Shown here piece after piece: positions 22,196-36,818 of a stretch of 64,000 nucleotides of DNA. How positions within the stretch are numbered: position 1 is the first letter of the stretch; every line of letters starts with the position of its first letter. The DNA comes from Escherichia coli (lineage in GTDB: Bacteria; Pseudomonadota; Gammaproteobacteria; Enterobacterales; Enterobacteriaceae). The stretch is from the NCBI RefSeq assembly GCF_022846255.1, contig NZ_AP025682.1; one strand, 5' to 3'. A model generated the notes under the pieces. The model was not told where the DNA came from. It ran no database searches and was given only the letters and a program-made list of their open reading frames with translations. A program made the translations under genes and the position numbers.

Positions 22196-24697
22196 ATGGC
22201 CCTGATTGTGGAATTTATTTGTGAGCTACCTAACGGCGTACATGCGCGTCCGGCAAGCCACGTTGAAACGCTGTGTAATACTTTTTCATCACAAATTGAG
22301 TGGCATAACCTGCGCACTGACCGCAAGGGCAACGCCAAAAGCGCCCTTGCGCTGATTGGCACCGACACGCTGGCGGGCGATAACTGCCAGTTACTGATTT
22401 CCGGGGCCGACGAACAGGAAGCGCACCAGCGTTTAAGCCAATGGCTGCGCGATGAATTCCCCCACTGCGATGCGCCGCTGGCAGAAGTTAAATCTGACGA
22501 ACTGGAACCACTGCCGGTTTCACTGACCAATCTGAATCCGCAAATTATCCGCGCCCGCACCGTGTGCAGCGGTAGCGCAGGCGGCATTCTGACGCCGATC
22601 TCTTCTTTAGATCTCAATGCGCTGGGTAATCTTCCCGCAGCCAAAGGCGTTGACGCCGAACAATCCGCACTGGAAAACGGTCTGACGCTGGTACTGAAAA
22701 ACATAGAGTTTCGTCTGCTGGATAGCGACGGTGCTACCAGCGCGATTCTGGAAGCGCACCGATCCCTGGCTGGCGATACTTCCCTGCGCGAACATTTACT
22801 GGCAGGTGTCAGCGCCGGATTAAGCTGCGCCGAAGCGATTGTTGCCAGTGCGAATCACTTTTGCGAAGAGTTCGCCCGTTCCAGCAGCAGCTACCTGCAA
22901 GAACGTGCCCTGGACGTACGCGACGTCTGCTTCCAGTTACTCCAGCAAATCTACGGTGAGCAACGCTTCCCGGCACCGGGCAAACTGACGCAGCCCGCCA
23001 TTTGTATGGCTGATGAACTGACCCCCAGCCAGTTCCTCGAACTGGATAAAAATCATCTCAAAGGTCTGTTACTGAAAAGTGGCGGCACCACATCACATAC
23101 GGTGATCCTTGCCCGTTCGTTCAACATTCCGACGCTGGTAGGTGTGGATATTGCTGCCCTTACTCCGTGGCAGCATCAGACGATTTATATCGACGGCAAC
23201 GCAGGGGCGATTGTGGTTGAGCCAGGGGAATCCGTGGCCCGTTATTATCAGCAAGAAGCCCGCGTACAGGACGCTCTGCGTGAGCAACAGCGTGTCTGGC
23301 TGACCCAGCAAGCGCGTACCGCAGACGGTATCCGCATTGAAATTGCCGCTAACATCGCTCACTCCGTGGAAGCGCAGGCCGCATTCGGCAATGGTGCGGA
23401 AGGCGTTGGTTTGTTCCGCACTGAAATGCTCTATATGGATCGCACCAGTGCACCGGGTGAAAGCGAGCTGTACAACATTTTTTGTCAGGCGCTGGAGTCT
23501 GCCAACGGACGCAGCATTATTGTGCGCACTATGGACATTGGCGGTGATAAACCCGTTGATTATCTGAACATTCCGGCAGAAGCTAACCCGTTCCTCGGTT
23601 ATCGCGCGGTGCGTATTTATGAAGAATACGCGTCGTTGTTTACCACACAACTACGGTCGATCCTGCGCGCCTCTGCTCACGGCAGCCTGAAAATCATGAT
23701 CCCGATGATCTCCTCAATGGAAGAGATCTTATGGGTGAAAGAAAAACTGGCGGAAGCCAAACAGCAACTGCGTAACGAACACATTCCGTTTGATGAGAAG
23801 ATCCAGCTCGGCATCATGCTGGAAGTGCCGTCGGTGATGTTCATCATCGATCAATGCTGCGAAGAGATTGATTTCTTTAGTATCGGTAGTAATGACCTGA
23901 CGCAATATCTGCTGGCAGTGGATCGCGATAACGCTAAGGTTACTCGTCACTATAACAGCCTGAATCCAGCATTCTTGCGGGCGCTCGATTACGCCGTGCA
24001 GGCGGTGCATCGCCAGGGCAAATGGATTGGTCTGTGCGGTGAACTGGGAGCGAAAGGTTCCGTGCTGCCGTTGCTGGTCGGTTTAGGGCTGGATGAGCTG
24101 AGCATGAGCGCACCGTCAATTCCGGCGGCGAAAGCGCGAATGGCGCAACTTGATAGCCGTGAGTGCCGCCAGTTGCTCAACCAGGCAATGGCCTGCCGTA
24201 CTTCGCTGGAAGTGGAACACCTGCTGGCACAATTCCGCATGACACAACAAGACGCACCGCTGGTCACCGCCGAGTGCATCACACTGGAAAGCGACTGGCG
24301 CAGCAAAGAAGAAGTGCTCAAAGGCATGACCGATAACCTGCTGCTGGCGGGCCGCTGTCGCTATCCGCGTAAACTGGAAGCCGACTTGTGGGCGCGCGAG
24401 GCCGTTTTCTCTACCGGTCTGGGCTTTAGTTTTGCCATTCCCCACAGCAAATCAGAACACATTGAGCAATCCACCATCAGCGTGGCGCGTTTGCAAGCGC
24501 CGGTGCGCTGGGGCGATGATGAAGCGCAATTCATCATTATGTTAACCCTGAACAAACATGCTGCGGGCGATCAGCACATGCGCATTTTCTCGCGCCTCGC
24601 TCGTCGCATCATGCACGAAGAATTCCGTAACGCGCTGGTTAACGCCGCCTCTGCCGACGCTATCGCCAGCCTGCTGCAACATGAACTGGAACTGTAA
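22196..24697 (+). CDS. ptsA: Multiphosphoryl transfer protein PtsA/FrwA (HPr-EI-EIIA fusion), 833 aa
   Basis: [30 protein letters not shown]... (HPr-like N-terminus), EI-like core with [23 protein letters not shown]-terminal IIA-like domain. Confidence 0.92.
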   Translation: MALIVEFICELPNGVHARPASHVETLCNTFSSQIEWHNLRTDRKGNAKSALALIGTDTLAGDNCQLLISGADEQEAHQRLSQWLRDEFPHCDAPLAEVKSDELEPLPVSLTNLNPQIIRARTVCSGSAGGILTPISSLDLNALGNLPAAKGVDAEQSALENGLTLVLKNIEFRLLDSDGATSAILEAHRSLAGDTSLREHLLAGVSAGLSCAEAIVASANHFCEEFARSSSSYLQERALDVRDVCFQLLQQIYGEQRFPAPGKLTQPAICMADELTPSQFLELDKNHLKGLLLKSGGTTSHTVILARSFNIPTLVGVDIAALTPWQHQTIYIDGNAGAIVVEPGESVARYYQQEARVQDALREQQRVWLTQQARTADGIRIEIAANIAHSVEAQAAFGNGAEGVGLFRTEMLYMDRTSAPGESELYNIFCQALESANGRSIIVRTMDIGGDKPVDYLNIPAEANPFLGYRAVRIYEEYASLFTTQLRSILRASAHGSLKIMIPMISSMEEILWVKEKLAEAKQQLRNEHIPFDEKIQLGIMLEVPSVMFIIDQCCEEIDFFSIGSNDLTQYLLAVDRDNAKVTRHYNSLNPAFLRALDYAVQAVHRQGKWIGLCGELGAKGSVLPLLVGLGLDELSMSAPSIPAAKARMAQLDSRECRQLLNQAMACRTSLEVEHLLAQFRMTQQDAPLVTAECITLESDWRSKEEVLKGMTDNLLLAGRCRYPRKLEADLWAREAVFSTGLGFSFAIPHSKSEHIEQSTISVARLQAPVRWGDDEAQFIIMLTLNKHAAGDQHMRIFSRLARRIMHEEFRNALVNAASADAIASLLQHELEL

Positions 24698-24708
24698 AAG
24701 GAAACATC

Positions 24709-25371
24709 ATGGAACTGTATCTGGACACCGCTAACGTCGCAGAAGTCGAACGTCTGGCACGCATATTCCCGATTGCCGGGGTGACAACTAACCCGAGCAT
24801 TATCGCTGCCAGCAAGGAGTCCATCTGGGAAGTGCTGCCGCGCCTTCAAAAAGCGATCGGTGATGAGGGAATTCTGTTTGCTCAGACCATGAGCCGCGAC
24901 GCGCAGGGTATGGTGAAAGAAGCGAAACACCTGCGCGACGCTATTCCGGGCATTGTGGTGAAAATTCCGGTAACCTCTGAAGGTCTGGCAGCAATTAAAA
25001 TGCTGAAGAAAGAAGGCATTACTACGCTGGGAACCGCAGTGTACAGCGCCGCGCAAGGATTACTGGCGGCGCTGGCTGGAGCCAAATACGTTGCTCCATA
25101 CGTTAACCGCGTAGATGCCCAGGGCGGTGACGGCATTCGTACTGTACAGGAGTTGCAAGCGTTACTGGAAATGCATGCGCCAGAAAGCATGGTGCTGGCT
25201 GCCAGCTTTAAAACACCACGTCAGGCGCTGGATTGTTTGCTGGCTGGATGTGAATCCATCACACTGCCCTTAGATGTAGCGCAACAAATGCTTAACACCC
25301 CTGCGGTAGAGTCAGCTATAGAGAAGTTCGAGCACGACTGGAATGCCGCATTTGGCACTACTCATCTCTAA
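24709..25371 (+). CDS. fsaB: Fructose-6-phosphate aldolase 2 (220 aa)
   Basis: [37 protein letters not shown]...; transaldolase-like fold. Confidence 0.93.
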
Positions 25372-25381
25372 AGGAGTAATT

Positions 25382-26485
25382 ATGGACCGCATTATTCAAT
25401 CACCAGGTAAATACATCCAGGGCGCAGATGTAATTAATCGTCTGGGCGAGTACCTGAAGCCACTGGCGGAACGCTGGTTAGTGGTGGGTGACAAATTTGT
25501 TTTAGGTTTTGCTCAATCCACTGTCGAGAAAAGCTTTAAAGATGCTGGACTGGTAGTAGAAATTGCGCCGTTTGGCGGTGAATGTTCGCAAAATGAGATC
25601 GACCGTCTGCGTGGCATCGCGGAGACTGCGCAGTGTGGCGCAATTCTCGGTATCGGTGGCGGAAAAACCCTCGATACTGCCAAAGCACTGGCACATTTCA
25701 TGGGTGTTCCGGTAGCGATCGCACCGACTATCGCTTCCACCGACGCACCGTGCAGCGCATTGTCTGTTATCTACACCGATGAGGGTGAGTTTGACCGCTA
25801 TCTGCTGTTGCCAAATAACCCGAATATGGTCATTGTCGACACCAAAATCGTCGCTGGCGCGCCCGCGCGTCTGTTAGCGGCGGGTATTGGCGATGCGCTG
25901 GCAACCTGGTTTGAAGCGCGTGCCTGTTCCCGTAGCGGCGCGACCACCATGGCGGGTGGCAAGTGCACTCAGGCAGCGCTGGCACTGGCTGAACTGTGCT
26001 ACAACACCCTGCTGGAAGAAGGCGAAAAAGCGATGCTTGCCGCCGAACAGCATGTAGTGACTCCGGCGCTGGAGCGCGTGATTGAAGCGAACACCTATTT
26101 GAGTGGCGTTGGTTTTGAAAGCGGCGGGCTGGCGGCGGCACACGCGGTACATAACGGCCTGACCGCTATCCCGGACGCGCATCACTATTATCATGGTGAA
26201 AAAGTGGCATTCGGTACGCTGACGCAGCTGGTTCTGGAAAACGCGCCGGTGGAGGAAATCGAAACCGTAGCTGCGCTTAGCCATGCGGTAGGTTTGCCAA
26301 TAACTCTCGCTCAACTGGATATTAAAGAAGATGTCCCGGCGAAAATGCGAATTGTGGCAGAAGCGGCATGTGCAGAAGGTGAAACCATCCACAACATGCC
26401 TGGCGGCGCGACGCCAGATCAGGTTTACGCCGCACTGCTGGTAGCCGACCAGTATGGTCAGCGTTTCCTGCAAGAGTGGGAATAA
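25382..26485 (+). CDS. gldA: Glycerol dehydrogenase (367 aa)
   Basis: ORF 25343..26485 trimmed to [37 protein letters not shown]... Confidence 0.93.
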
Positions 26486-26529
26486 CCTACTCCAAACTCC
26501 CGGCTTGTCCGGGAGTTTGAACGCAAAAT

Positions 26530-26632
26530 TGCCTGATGCGCTACGCTTATCAGGCCTACGCAATCTCTGCAATATAGTAAATTTATGTACTTTTGTAGGC
26601 CGGATAAGGCGTTCACGCCGCATCCGGCACGC
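26530..26632. repeat. BIME/REP cluster downstream of gldA
   Basis: GCCTGATGCGCTACGCTTATCAGGCCTAC ... GTAGGCCGGATAAGGCGTTCACGCCGCATCCGGCA; preceded by hairpin AAACTCCCGGCTTGTCCGGGAGTTT (26495..26519). Confidence 0.7.
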
Positions 26633-26760
26633 TGTGCCAGTAATCTGAAACTTCCACCTTGTTCGGGTGTTTTTTTATCCGCTTCTGGACATTTTCTCCA
26701 CAGAACAATCGTTAGCCCGGAAGGTCGAATCTGTGACTCTTATTTTCACGGACGAAACAG

Positions 26761-27378
26761 ATGAAAGCTTCACTGGCGTTATTCAGTCTTCTGACGTTAT
26801 TTACCAGTTACTCCTTAAAATCTCCCGCCGTTCCACCAACCGTGGTACAAATCCAGGCTAACACCAATCTTGCCATCGCAGACGGCGCCAGACAGCAAAT
26901 CGGCAGCACGCTATTTTACGATCCGGCGTATGTGCAGCTTACCTATCCTGGCGGTGATGTCCCGCAAGAACGCGGCGTATGTTCCGATGTGGTGATCCGT
27001 GCATTGCGCAGCCAGAAGGTCGATTTGCAGAAACTGGTGCACGAAGATATGGCGAAGAATTTTGCTGCGTACCCGCAAAAATGGCAGTTAAAGCGCCCGG
27101 ACAGCAACATCGATCACCGTCGGGTGCCTAATCTGGAAACCTGGTTTACCCGCCACGATAAAACACGCCCCACCAGCAAGAACCCCAGTGACTATCAAGC
27201 GGGCGATATTGTCTCCTGGCGATTAGATAACGGGCTGGCACATATTGGGGTGGTGTCAGATGGCTTCGCCCGCGACGGTACGCCGCTGGTGATACATAAC
27301 ATTGGCGCAGGCGCGCAGGAAGAAGATGTACTGTTTAGCTGGCGGATGGTGGGGCACTATCGGTATTTTGCTAAATAA
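26761..27378 (+). CDS. yijF: DUF1287-family secreted protein YijF (205 aa)
   Basis: MKASLALFSLLTLFTSYSLKSPAVPPTVVQIQ... signal peptide; matches E. coli YijF. Confidence 0.85.
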   Translation: MKASLALFSLLTLFTSYSLKSPAVPPTVVQIQANTNLAIADGARQQIGSTLFYDPAYVQLTYPGGDVPQERGVCSDVVIRALRSQKVDLQKLVHEDMAKNFAAYPQKWQLKRPDSNIDHRRVPNLETWFTRHDKTRPTSKNPSDYQAGDIVSWRLDNGLAHIGVVSDGFARDGTPLVIHNIGAGAQEEDVLFSWRMVGHYRYFAK

Positions 27379-27404
27379 GAGATCTCCCCACATGAAGAAA
27401 AAAT

Positions 27405-28310
27405 TCAGATCCTTTTTACACTGACGGCTTCTTTTTTCTTACGGCTCACCAGCGCCAGTGCCAGCACAATCAGCACAATACCGCTACCTTCAACTGCCCC
27501 CGGATTCTCACCGAGCAGCCACCAGGAAAAGAGTACGCCGCAAACGGGAACGGCCAGTGTGCTTAAGCTGGCAATACTGGCAGGCAAGTTTTTCAATACA
27601 AACAACCATAAGCTCCACGCCAGCGCTGTCGCCAGAATCGCACTGTAGGCCAGCGCCCAGAACACGGTGGGTTGCCAGTCAATTTCACGTTGCGGCACCA
27701 GTAAAGCGACCACGCTCATCACCAGCGCCGCATACAGCATCTGCCAGGATGTTAGCGACAATAAATCCACGCGCGGATGGCGGGCATACAGACGTTTAGC
27801 AACAATCGCGCTCGCCCCCCAACTCACACCGGAGAGGATTGCCAGCATGGCACTTTTCATCGAAGAGAAATCGAGTTGCCACGGCTGCAACACCAAAAAT
27901 AAGCCGAAAGCGGCAATCAGTATCGCGAAATATTGCCCACGTCGCAGGCGTTCACCGAGAAACAACGCGGCGAAAATTACCACCCAGAACGGCATGGTAT
28001 AGCTCAGGATTGCCACCTTCCCCGCTCCGCCGCTGACCAGCGCCCACTGTGCCAGGCCAACCATCCCGCAGGTTTGTAACAGGGCAATGGCTAAGGTGTA
28101 TTTAAACGGCGTCGGGCGCATTCCGCGACCACGTAATAAAAGGACGATGAATAAAACGAGAGCGCCGAAAATGCAGCGTAAGGCGGTGAAGTCGAAGGCA
28201 CCGATGTAGCTGGTGACTTGCTTCATGAAAATCCAGCTATAACTCCAGATAAGTGTGAGCACAACCAGGCCACTGATTGCCAGTGGGTTGCTCTTTCCTG
28301 CGGCAGACAT
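27405..28310 (-). CDS. yijE: EamA/DMT-family transporter YijE (301 aa)
   Basis: ORF 27405..28376 trimmed to [30 protein letters not shown]...; 10-TM DMT-like. Confidence 0.85.
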
Positions 28311-28362
28311 GAGAGATCCAGTGTGTAGTTTTCCTGTGGACACTATACGCCGGTAAAGAAAC

Positions 28363-28393
28363 TTCAGCGACTGCATGAAAGGCAGTCGCTGAA
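28363..28393 (-). terminator. Candidate intrinsic terminator downstream of katG
   Basis: Inverted repeat TTCAGCGACTGC-ATGAAAG-GCAGTCGCTGAA just 3' of katG stop. Confidence 0.5.
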
Positions 28394-28403
28394 GAAGGTC
28401 AGA

Positions 28404-30700
<2,297 letters not shown>

Positions 30701-30912
30701 TGTAGATCAAATTGATCGTAATTAAGACTTTTTGATTATGTCCGATTTAGGATAAATGCTTTATAAGAAAAGGTTTTAGCCTGGTACCCTTCAAGTAATG
30801 AAGGCGAAAACAAGGCTGATAACCTTATTTTCCCGCCCTCATTTCGAGGCAGCATTTTGTGCTCTGTTTAAAATTTGTGAACACTGTGTGATTTTCACAA
30901 AAGGCACACTAT

Positions 30913-31806
<894 letters not shown>

Positions 31807-31844
31807 TTACCTCATCAATCGCTTATCGTTATATGTTGTGTTGT

Positions 31845-31880
31845 GCACATCTATCCGTTTAGACGTCCAGATGTAAAGAT
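31845..31880. promoter_or_regulatory. MetJ operator (tandem Met boxes) upstream of metF
   Basis: Minus-strand reading CTGGACGTCTAAACGGATAGATGTG contains tandem 8-bp AGACGTCT-like Met boxes just upstream of metF start. Confidence 0.65.
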
Positions 31881-32184
31881 GAAGGAAAAGCCGAAGGGCG
31901 TCAACCGAAAAATAACCAATGATGGTGAGGAAAAATCAGGGAAGATGAAAAAAACTCATCTTAATTAGAGGCGATAAAAGATTTCTCTATAGCGCAATCC
32001 ACCTCGCACGTTTTGACTCATATTCTGACAACACAGCGACACCTGGGCTAATTCGAAAAACAACGTCCTGCCACCGGATGGTGATGTTAAGGCATCTGAT
32101 TCGGCCTGCGCCCTCGCGTAGGCCGAATACAGGATCTGCGCAATCAACGGGTAACAAACAGTTGAGTCAATTCAGTGCGCACTT

Positions 32185-33744
32185 TTATTTGATATCCTTC
32201 ACGCGCATACCGTTGAGCTGTTCATCCGTAATGGTGTTGCCCGCTTTGAAGTAATCAACCACCGCGTGATAAACGTAATAACCGCCCGTTGTGTTACGCG
32301 CTTTCCCTTCGGTAAAGGCGGTAAAACCATCTCCACCATCAGCAAGGAAACTCTGAGTAGCAATGTGATAAACCGTCGCATCTTCAATGGGTTTGCCATT
32401 CAGAGTCAGTGTGATTACCCGCTGACCAACCGGCTTGCTGCTGTCGTACTTCATTTCCAGGCCTTTCGATACCTGTAAAACGCCATTGCTTAAACTTGCG
32501 CCGTGTTCCATCAGACTGCGTAATTGTTTACCCGTGAGTTCCATCGTCACCAGTTCGTTGGGGAACGGGAACGTACTGATAACGCCGCCCATCGTGATCG
32601 CCCCTGCGGGGATCTCATTGCGGATACCACCAGAGTTTGTTAACGCCAGTTGGGTATTTTTACCCGCTGCTGCCAGTAAAGCGTCAGCCGCCAGGTTCCC
32701 GAGGGAAGCCGATTCACCATAGGCACGTTTTAATTCAACCGGCGATTGCGCCACCGTTTGTTGCACCACTTCATCAAGCTTTTTATTCCAGCCGTCGATC
32801 ACCTGTTTCGTTTGCGGATCGGGCTTCCACTCGTCAGCGTAAATGGTTTTAAGCTCGAAGTTTTTCACCGTAAAATTATGCGGCTTCTCTTTGTAGTCGA
32901 GAACCAGTTTGCCCACATCAATCCCGCCGCTGTCAGTGGAGAGGATGAGCGTATTGCCGACTTTAATCGGTTCCGGCGTACCCACATGTGCATGTCCGGT
33001 GATCAAAATATCCAGCCCTTTCACCTGACTTGCCGTCTGAATATCTTTATCCAACGCGCGACGCACATCTGTGCCTCCCATACTGGACTGGCGGGCCGGA
33101 ACACCTTCATGGATCAGGGCGACGGTCAAATCAACCTTGCCTTTAAGTTCATCGATATAACGTTGTAGCCATTTAATTTCATCACGCGCCTCAATACCCA
33201 CTCGCGTGGCAGCAGATACTGTGTCATTAAAGGCAAATACACCGTGCAAACCTATAACGCCTATTTTCACACCGTCTTTTTCGATGATGGTATAGGGCTT
33301 ATCCCAGAATGATTTACTGCTGTTCTGATAAAAAACATTGCCCTGCACAATCGGGAATTTTGCCTGACTCAACTGTAATAATGTGTTGTCCCAGCCGTGG
33401 TCAAATTCATGGTTGCCTATCGTGACGGCATCAAACGGCATAGTATTCATAATATCGATAATAGCCTTACCTTTGGTCAGGCTGCTGATATATGGCCCGG
33501 TAAAATAGTCGCCCGCATCAAAAAACCATGTCGCTTTATTTTTTGCTTTTTCTTGCTTAACCAGCGTAGTGATATTTGCCCAGCCGCCAATATCCCGTTT
33601 ACCGTTCGCAATCCACGGCACTTTATAAGGCTCTACATGTGCATGGAGGTCGTTAGTATAAATAATGGTGACATCTTTGGCGCAAGCCCAGAACGGCAAT
33701 GTTAATGCGATACCCGCAGCAAGTATTTTAATTTTCATAAACAA
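32185..33744 (-). CDS. Secreted bifunctional metallophosphatase/5'-nucleotidase (UshA/CpdB family), paralog A, 519 aa
   Basis: Signal peptide [22 protein letters not shown]; metallophosphatase motifs [26 protein letters not shown]; C-terminal 5'-nucleotidase-domain motifs NSGGIR, FPFPN, GGDGF; absent from metL-metF interval in my memory of K-12. Confidence 0.85.
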   Translation of the reverse strand: MFMKIKILAAGIALTLPFWACAKDVTIIYTNDLHAHVEPYKVPWIANGKRDIGGWANITTLVKQEKAKNKATWFFDAGDYFTGPYISSLTKGKAIIDIMNTMPFDAVTIGNHEFDHGWDNTLLQLSQAKFPIVQGNVFYQNSSKSFWDKPYTIIEKDGVKIGVIGLHGVFAFNDTVSAATRVGIEARDEIKWLQRYIDELKGKVDLTVALIHEGVPARQSSMGGTDVRRALDKDIQTASQVKGLDILITGHAHVGTPEPIKVGNTLILSTDSGGIDVGKLVLDYKEKPHNFTVKNFELKTIYADEWKPDPQTKQVIDGWNKKLDEVVQQTVAQSPVELKRAYGESASLGNLAADALLAAAGKNTQLALTNSGGIRNEIPAGAITMGGVISTFPFPNELVTMELTGKQLRSLMEHGASLSNGVLQVSKGLEMKYDSSKPVGQRVITLTLNGKPIEDATVYHIATQSFLADGGDGFTAFTEGKARNTTGGYYVYHAVVDYFKAGNTITDEQLNGMRVKDIK

Positions 33745-33797
33745 TCCCTTTCAGTGAGATAAAGGATTGCTACATTACGTTCTGAAAGACTTATTTA

Positions 33798-33813
33798 TGT
33801 GAGAGTAATCACA
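33798..33813. promoter_or_regulatory. CRP-type binding site (TGTGA-N6-TCACA) in divergent promoter between paralog A and the zinc-ribbon ORF
   Basis: Sequence TGTGAGAGTAATCACA read directly; perfect match to both CRP half-sites with 6-bp spacer. Confidence 0.5.
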
Positions 33814-33870
33814 TCCGCAGGGGATAGTTGCCGGACAAAATCAACGACCTTGTGAAATCGTTGGTGATAT

Positions 33871-34995
33871 ATGTCGACTCTGTTTACGATTAATGCCTGT
33901 AAAACGTTCGGTTGCCGAAATTTGGGATTGGCCTCATCGGAAGATTACAGTTGGCCAGACTATAAACTGGGTTATCCGGCACTGCACTGTCGGGCATGTG
34001 GAAGTTACCCGCCGTTGTTTGACGAACAGCAATTTCGTGACTGGTTGTCAGTTCACTTATCTACTTTTGCAACTGAGAAAGGTCATTTCTGCCCGGTATG
34101 TTATGGCACAGACATGATTTGTTATGGTCACAATCCACAGGGTTCGCAACGCATTCAATGCCGTAACTGCAAAAAAGTCTGGACGCCTAAAAAATATCAG
34201 AAAGAAATTACGCATCCCCAGGCCATTGAAACCGTTCAACTGTTCATACCCTTTCAAGGGGCCAGTGCAGTACAAAAACTGTATGTTTTAGTCAGTCTTG
34301 ACGCCACTCGTGGCAACATTCTTCATCTCTCCACGAATTATACGCAACATCAGACAGGAGACAGTCTGCGGTACAGTTACAAGGGCAACACAGAACCAAC
34401 TATGCACCATCGCGATATCGTGCAGAAGGTAGATATGCGTGAAGCGCAATTCTTGCGCCGGAGCCAGTTCGATGAAATTCAGTATGGCAGTGCTGTACTC
34501 AAGCGCAACGGTAAGGGAGCCATACTACGCCCGGTTATCACGGCACACGGGCATTTCAGAATACTGAAAATCCGCTATCCAGATGTCAAAACGCATATTA
34601 TTTCACACGAATGTTTTCTAAGAGGCGCAATTATTACAGCCTGGGCAGATCAGTTCCGCCAACAACAAGGTGAACTTTGGTTCGTAGAAGAAGAAATCAG
34701 TGACAGTAACGCTGATACGCCCTGGCATTTTAAGGGAACGACATACCATGGTTGGTGGCAAAATCAGTGGCAGCGCTGGGAGCAGGGGAATAACTGCAAG
34801 ATGGTCTGCCTACTCACGGGAGCCTGCTTAGAAAGGGGCGCAAATGTTTCTCTGGCAACCAGTCGTTGTTTTATCACATGGCTGACAGACCAACACGACT
34901 TTACCCAAAGCGCGTTATTATCCGCAGGTCGCGTAACACAAATGCTGACCTCACTGGCGTTAAAATACAATGAATCGCTCACTCCATCTTGTTAG
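33871..34995 (+). CDS. Hypothetical cytoplasmic protein with N-terminal tandem CxxC zinc ribbons (InsA-like), 374 aa; function unknown
   Basis: ATG start at 33871; four CxxC pairs in first ~100 aa (CKTFGC, CRACG, CPVCYG...QRIQCRNCKKVW); no signal peptide; long uninterrupted ORF in AT-rich island. Confidence 0.6.
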   Translation: MSTLFTINACKTFGCRNLGLASSEDYSWPDYKLGYPALHCRACGSYPPLFDEQQFRDWLSVHLSTFATEKGHFCPVCYGTDMICYGHNPQGSQRIQCRNCKKVWTPKKYQKEITHPQAIETVQLFIPFQGASAVQKLYVLVSLDATRGNILHLSTNYTQHQTGDSLRYSYKGNTEPTMHHRDIVQKVDMREAQFLRRSQFDEIQYGSAVLKRNGKGAILRPVITAHGHFRILKIRYPDVKTHIISHECFLRGAIITAWADQFRQQQGELWFVEEEISDSNADTPWHFKGTTYHGWWQNQWQRWEQGNNCKMVCLLTGACLERGANVSLATSRCFITWLTDQHDFTQSALLSAGRVTQMLTSLALKYNESLTPSC

Positions 34996-35224
34996 TCAAT
35001 ACACTCGACAAACGACCATAAATTAAGAGAGAGCACTACCTTTCATTTAATTAAATATATAAATGTATGACCGTGAAATATAATCATGGTCAATGTTTAA
35101 TTAATAACATTATTTGTTACTAAGATCACACAATACTTTTCTGAACTATGCTTACATAAAATAAGACACGATGTGTCTTTTATTTAAATAATTCAACAAA
35201 TGTAACACACCCTATCCAGGAGGG

Positions 35225-36778
35225 ATGATGAAAACTGTATTTACAACATTATCAGTCATATTCGGCGTGATATTTTCTCACAGTGTTCTAGCTCAGGACG
35301 TTACTATTTATTATACGAATGACATTCACGCACATGTCAATCCGGCAAAAATCATCGCTGTTGATAAGAACAGACTTATAGGTGGTATGGCTAATATTGC
35401 AGGCATCGTTAATGAAGCGAAGAAAAAAAGCAAAGATGTGTTTTTCTTTGATGCAGGCGACTATTTTACCGGGCCGTATATCAGCACCCTGACCAAAGGT
35501 GAAGCTATTATTGATATCATGAACACTATGCCCTTTGATGCGGTGTCTGTTGGTAATCACGAGTTCGATCACGGTGTGCCCAATATGGTGTCTCAGTTAT
35601 CAAAAGCAAAATTTCCCATTCTGCTGGGAAATATCTACTACACCGATACGAATAAACCAGTTTGGGATCATCCGTGGACCATTATCGAAAAAGATGGTTT
35701 AAAGATTGGTGTGATTGGATTGCATGGCGCATTCGCTTTCTATGATACAGTCGCGGCAAAAGCACGTGAAGGCGTAGAAGCCAGAGACGAAATTAAATAT
35801 TTAAATAAAGCACTTGCAGAATTAAAAGGTAAAGTCGACATTACCGTTTTGCTAATTCACGAAGGTGTCCCGGCGCGTCAATCAAGCTTTGGTAGTAAAG
35901 ATGTGGAGCGGCTACTACAGGCAGATATTGAGACAGCTAAAAAAGTGAATGGTGTTGATGTCTTAATTACCGGTCACGCACATGTCGGAACACCGCAACC
36001 AATAAAAGTTAATAACACATTAATTGTATCTACCGATGCATACGGCACCAACATCGGAAAACTTGTGCTTGATTACAATCCGAAAACGAAGAAAATTGAT
36101 AGTTATAATGGTGAGTTAATCACCATCTTTGCAGATCAATTTAAACCTGACACCATCGTTCAAAATACTATTGATAAATGGAGTGCAAAGCTTAACAAAA
36201 TAACACAGGAAGTTGTCGGCCATTCTCCCGTAGTTTTAACACGTGAGTATGGTAGTTCCTCTTCTACCGGCAACCTTATTCTTGATGCAATGATGGAAAA
36301 AACACCTGATGCCGTTGCCGGATTTCAAAATAGCGGTGGGATGCGAGCTGATTTTCCTAAAGGCGATATCACACTGGGAGATGTTATTAGCACATTCCCC
36401 TTTAATAATGACCTCATCGAGATGGATTTGACGGGCCGCGATCTCAAATCATTGATGACGCATGCAACCAATCTAACTAACGGTGTGTTACAAGTTTCTA
36501 AAAGTGTTGCGGTTGTCTATGACAGCAAAAAACCACTCAACCAACGGTTAATCTCTTTCACCATTAACGGCAAACCCGTGGAAGATAATCAAACATATCG
36601 TATTGCCACGCACTCCTTTTGTGCCAGTGGTGGTGACGGTTTTGAAGCATTTTTGAATGGAAAAAATGTGAAAACGATACCGGGAACAACCTCGGCGGAA
36701 TCTATCATCGATTATTTCAAAAATCACAAGCCTATCACCCCAGACTTAACTAAACGAGTCATGGACGTCGCCAAATAA
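35225..36778 (+). CDS. Secreted bifunctional metallophosphatase/5'-nucleotidase (UshA/CpdB family), paralog B, 517 aa
   Basis: Strong SD (AGGAGGG) then MMKTVFTTLSVIFGVIFSHSVLAQDVTIYYTNDIHAHV...; same motif set as paralog A (GDYFTG, GNHEFD, GHAHVG, NSGGMR, GGDGF). Confidence 0.85.
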   Translation: MMKTVFTTLSVIFGVIFSHSVLAQDVTIYYTNDIHAHVNPAKIIAVDKNRLIGGMANIAGIVNEAKKKSKDVFFFDAGDYFTGPYISTLTKGEAIIDIMNTMPFDAVSVGNHEFDHGVPNMVSQLSKAKFPILLGNIYYTDTNKPVWDHPWTIIEKDGLKIGVIGLHGAFAFYDTVAAKAREGVEARDEIKYLNKALAELKGKVDITVLLIHEGVPARQSSFGSKDVERLLQADIETAKKVNGVDVLITGHAHVGTPQPIKVNNTLIVSTDAYGTNIGKLVLDYNPKTKKIDSYNGELITIFADQFKPDTIVQNTIDKWSAKLNKITQEVVGHSPVVLTREYGSSSSTGNLILDAMMEKTPDAVAGFQNSGGMRADFPKGDITLGDVISTFPFNNDLIEMDLTGRDLKSLMTHATNLTNGVLQVSKSVAVVYDSKKPLNQRLISFTINGKPVEDNQTYRIATHSFCASGGDGFEAFLNGKNVKTIPGTTSAESIIDYFKNHKPITPDLTKRVMDVAK

Positions 36779-36818
36779 AATCTCATTTATCAGTCAATTT
36801 ATTTAACAAGGAATGTGA

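Noticed and set aside
33871-34995. Zinc-ribbon ORF as an active IS1595/ISXO2-type or IS1-type transposase
   Set aside because: Only the N-terminal zinc ribbon resembles InsA-type transposases; I could not find a DDE triad and saw no flanking terminal inverted repeats or target duplication, so it is kept as a hypothetical protein rather than called a mobile element.
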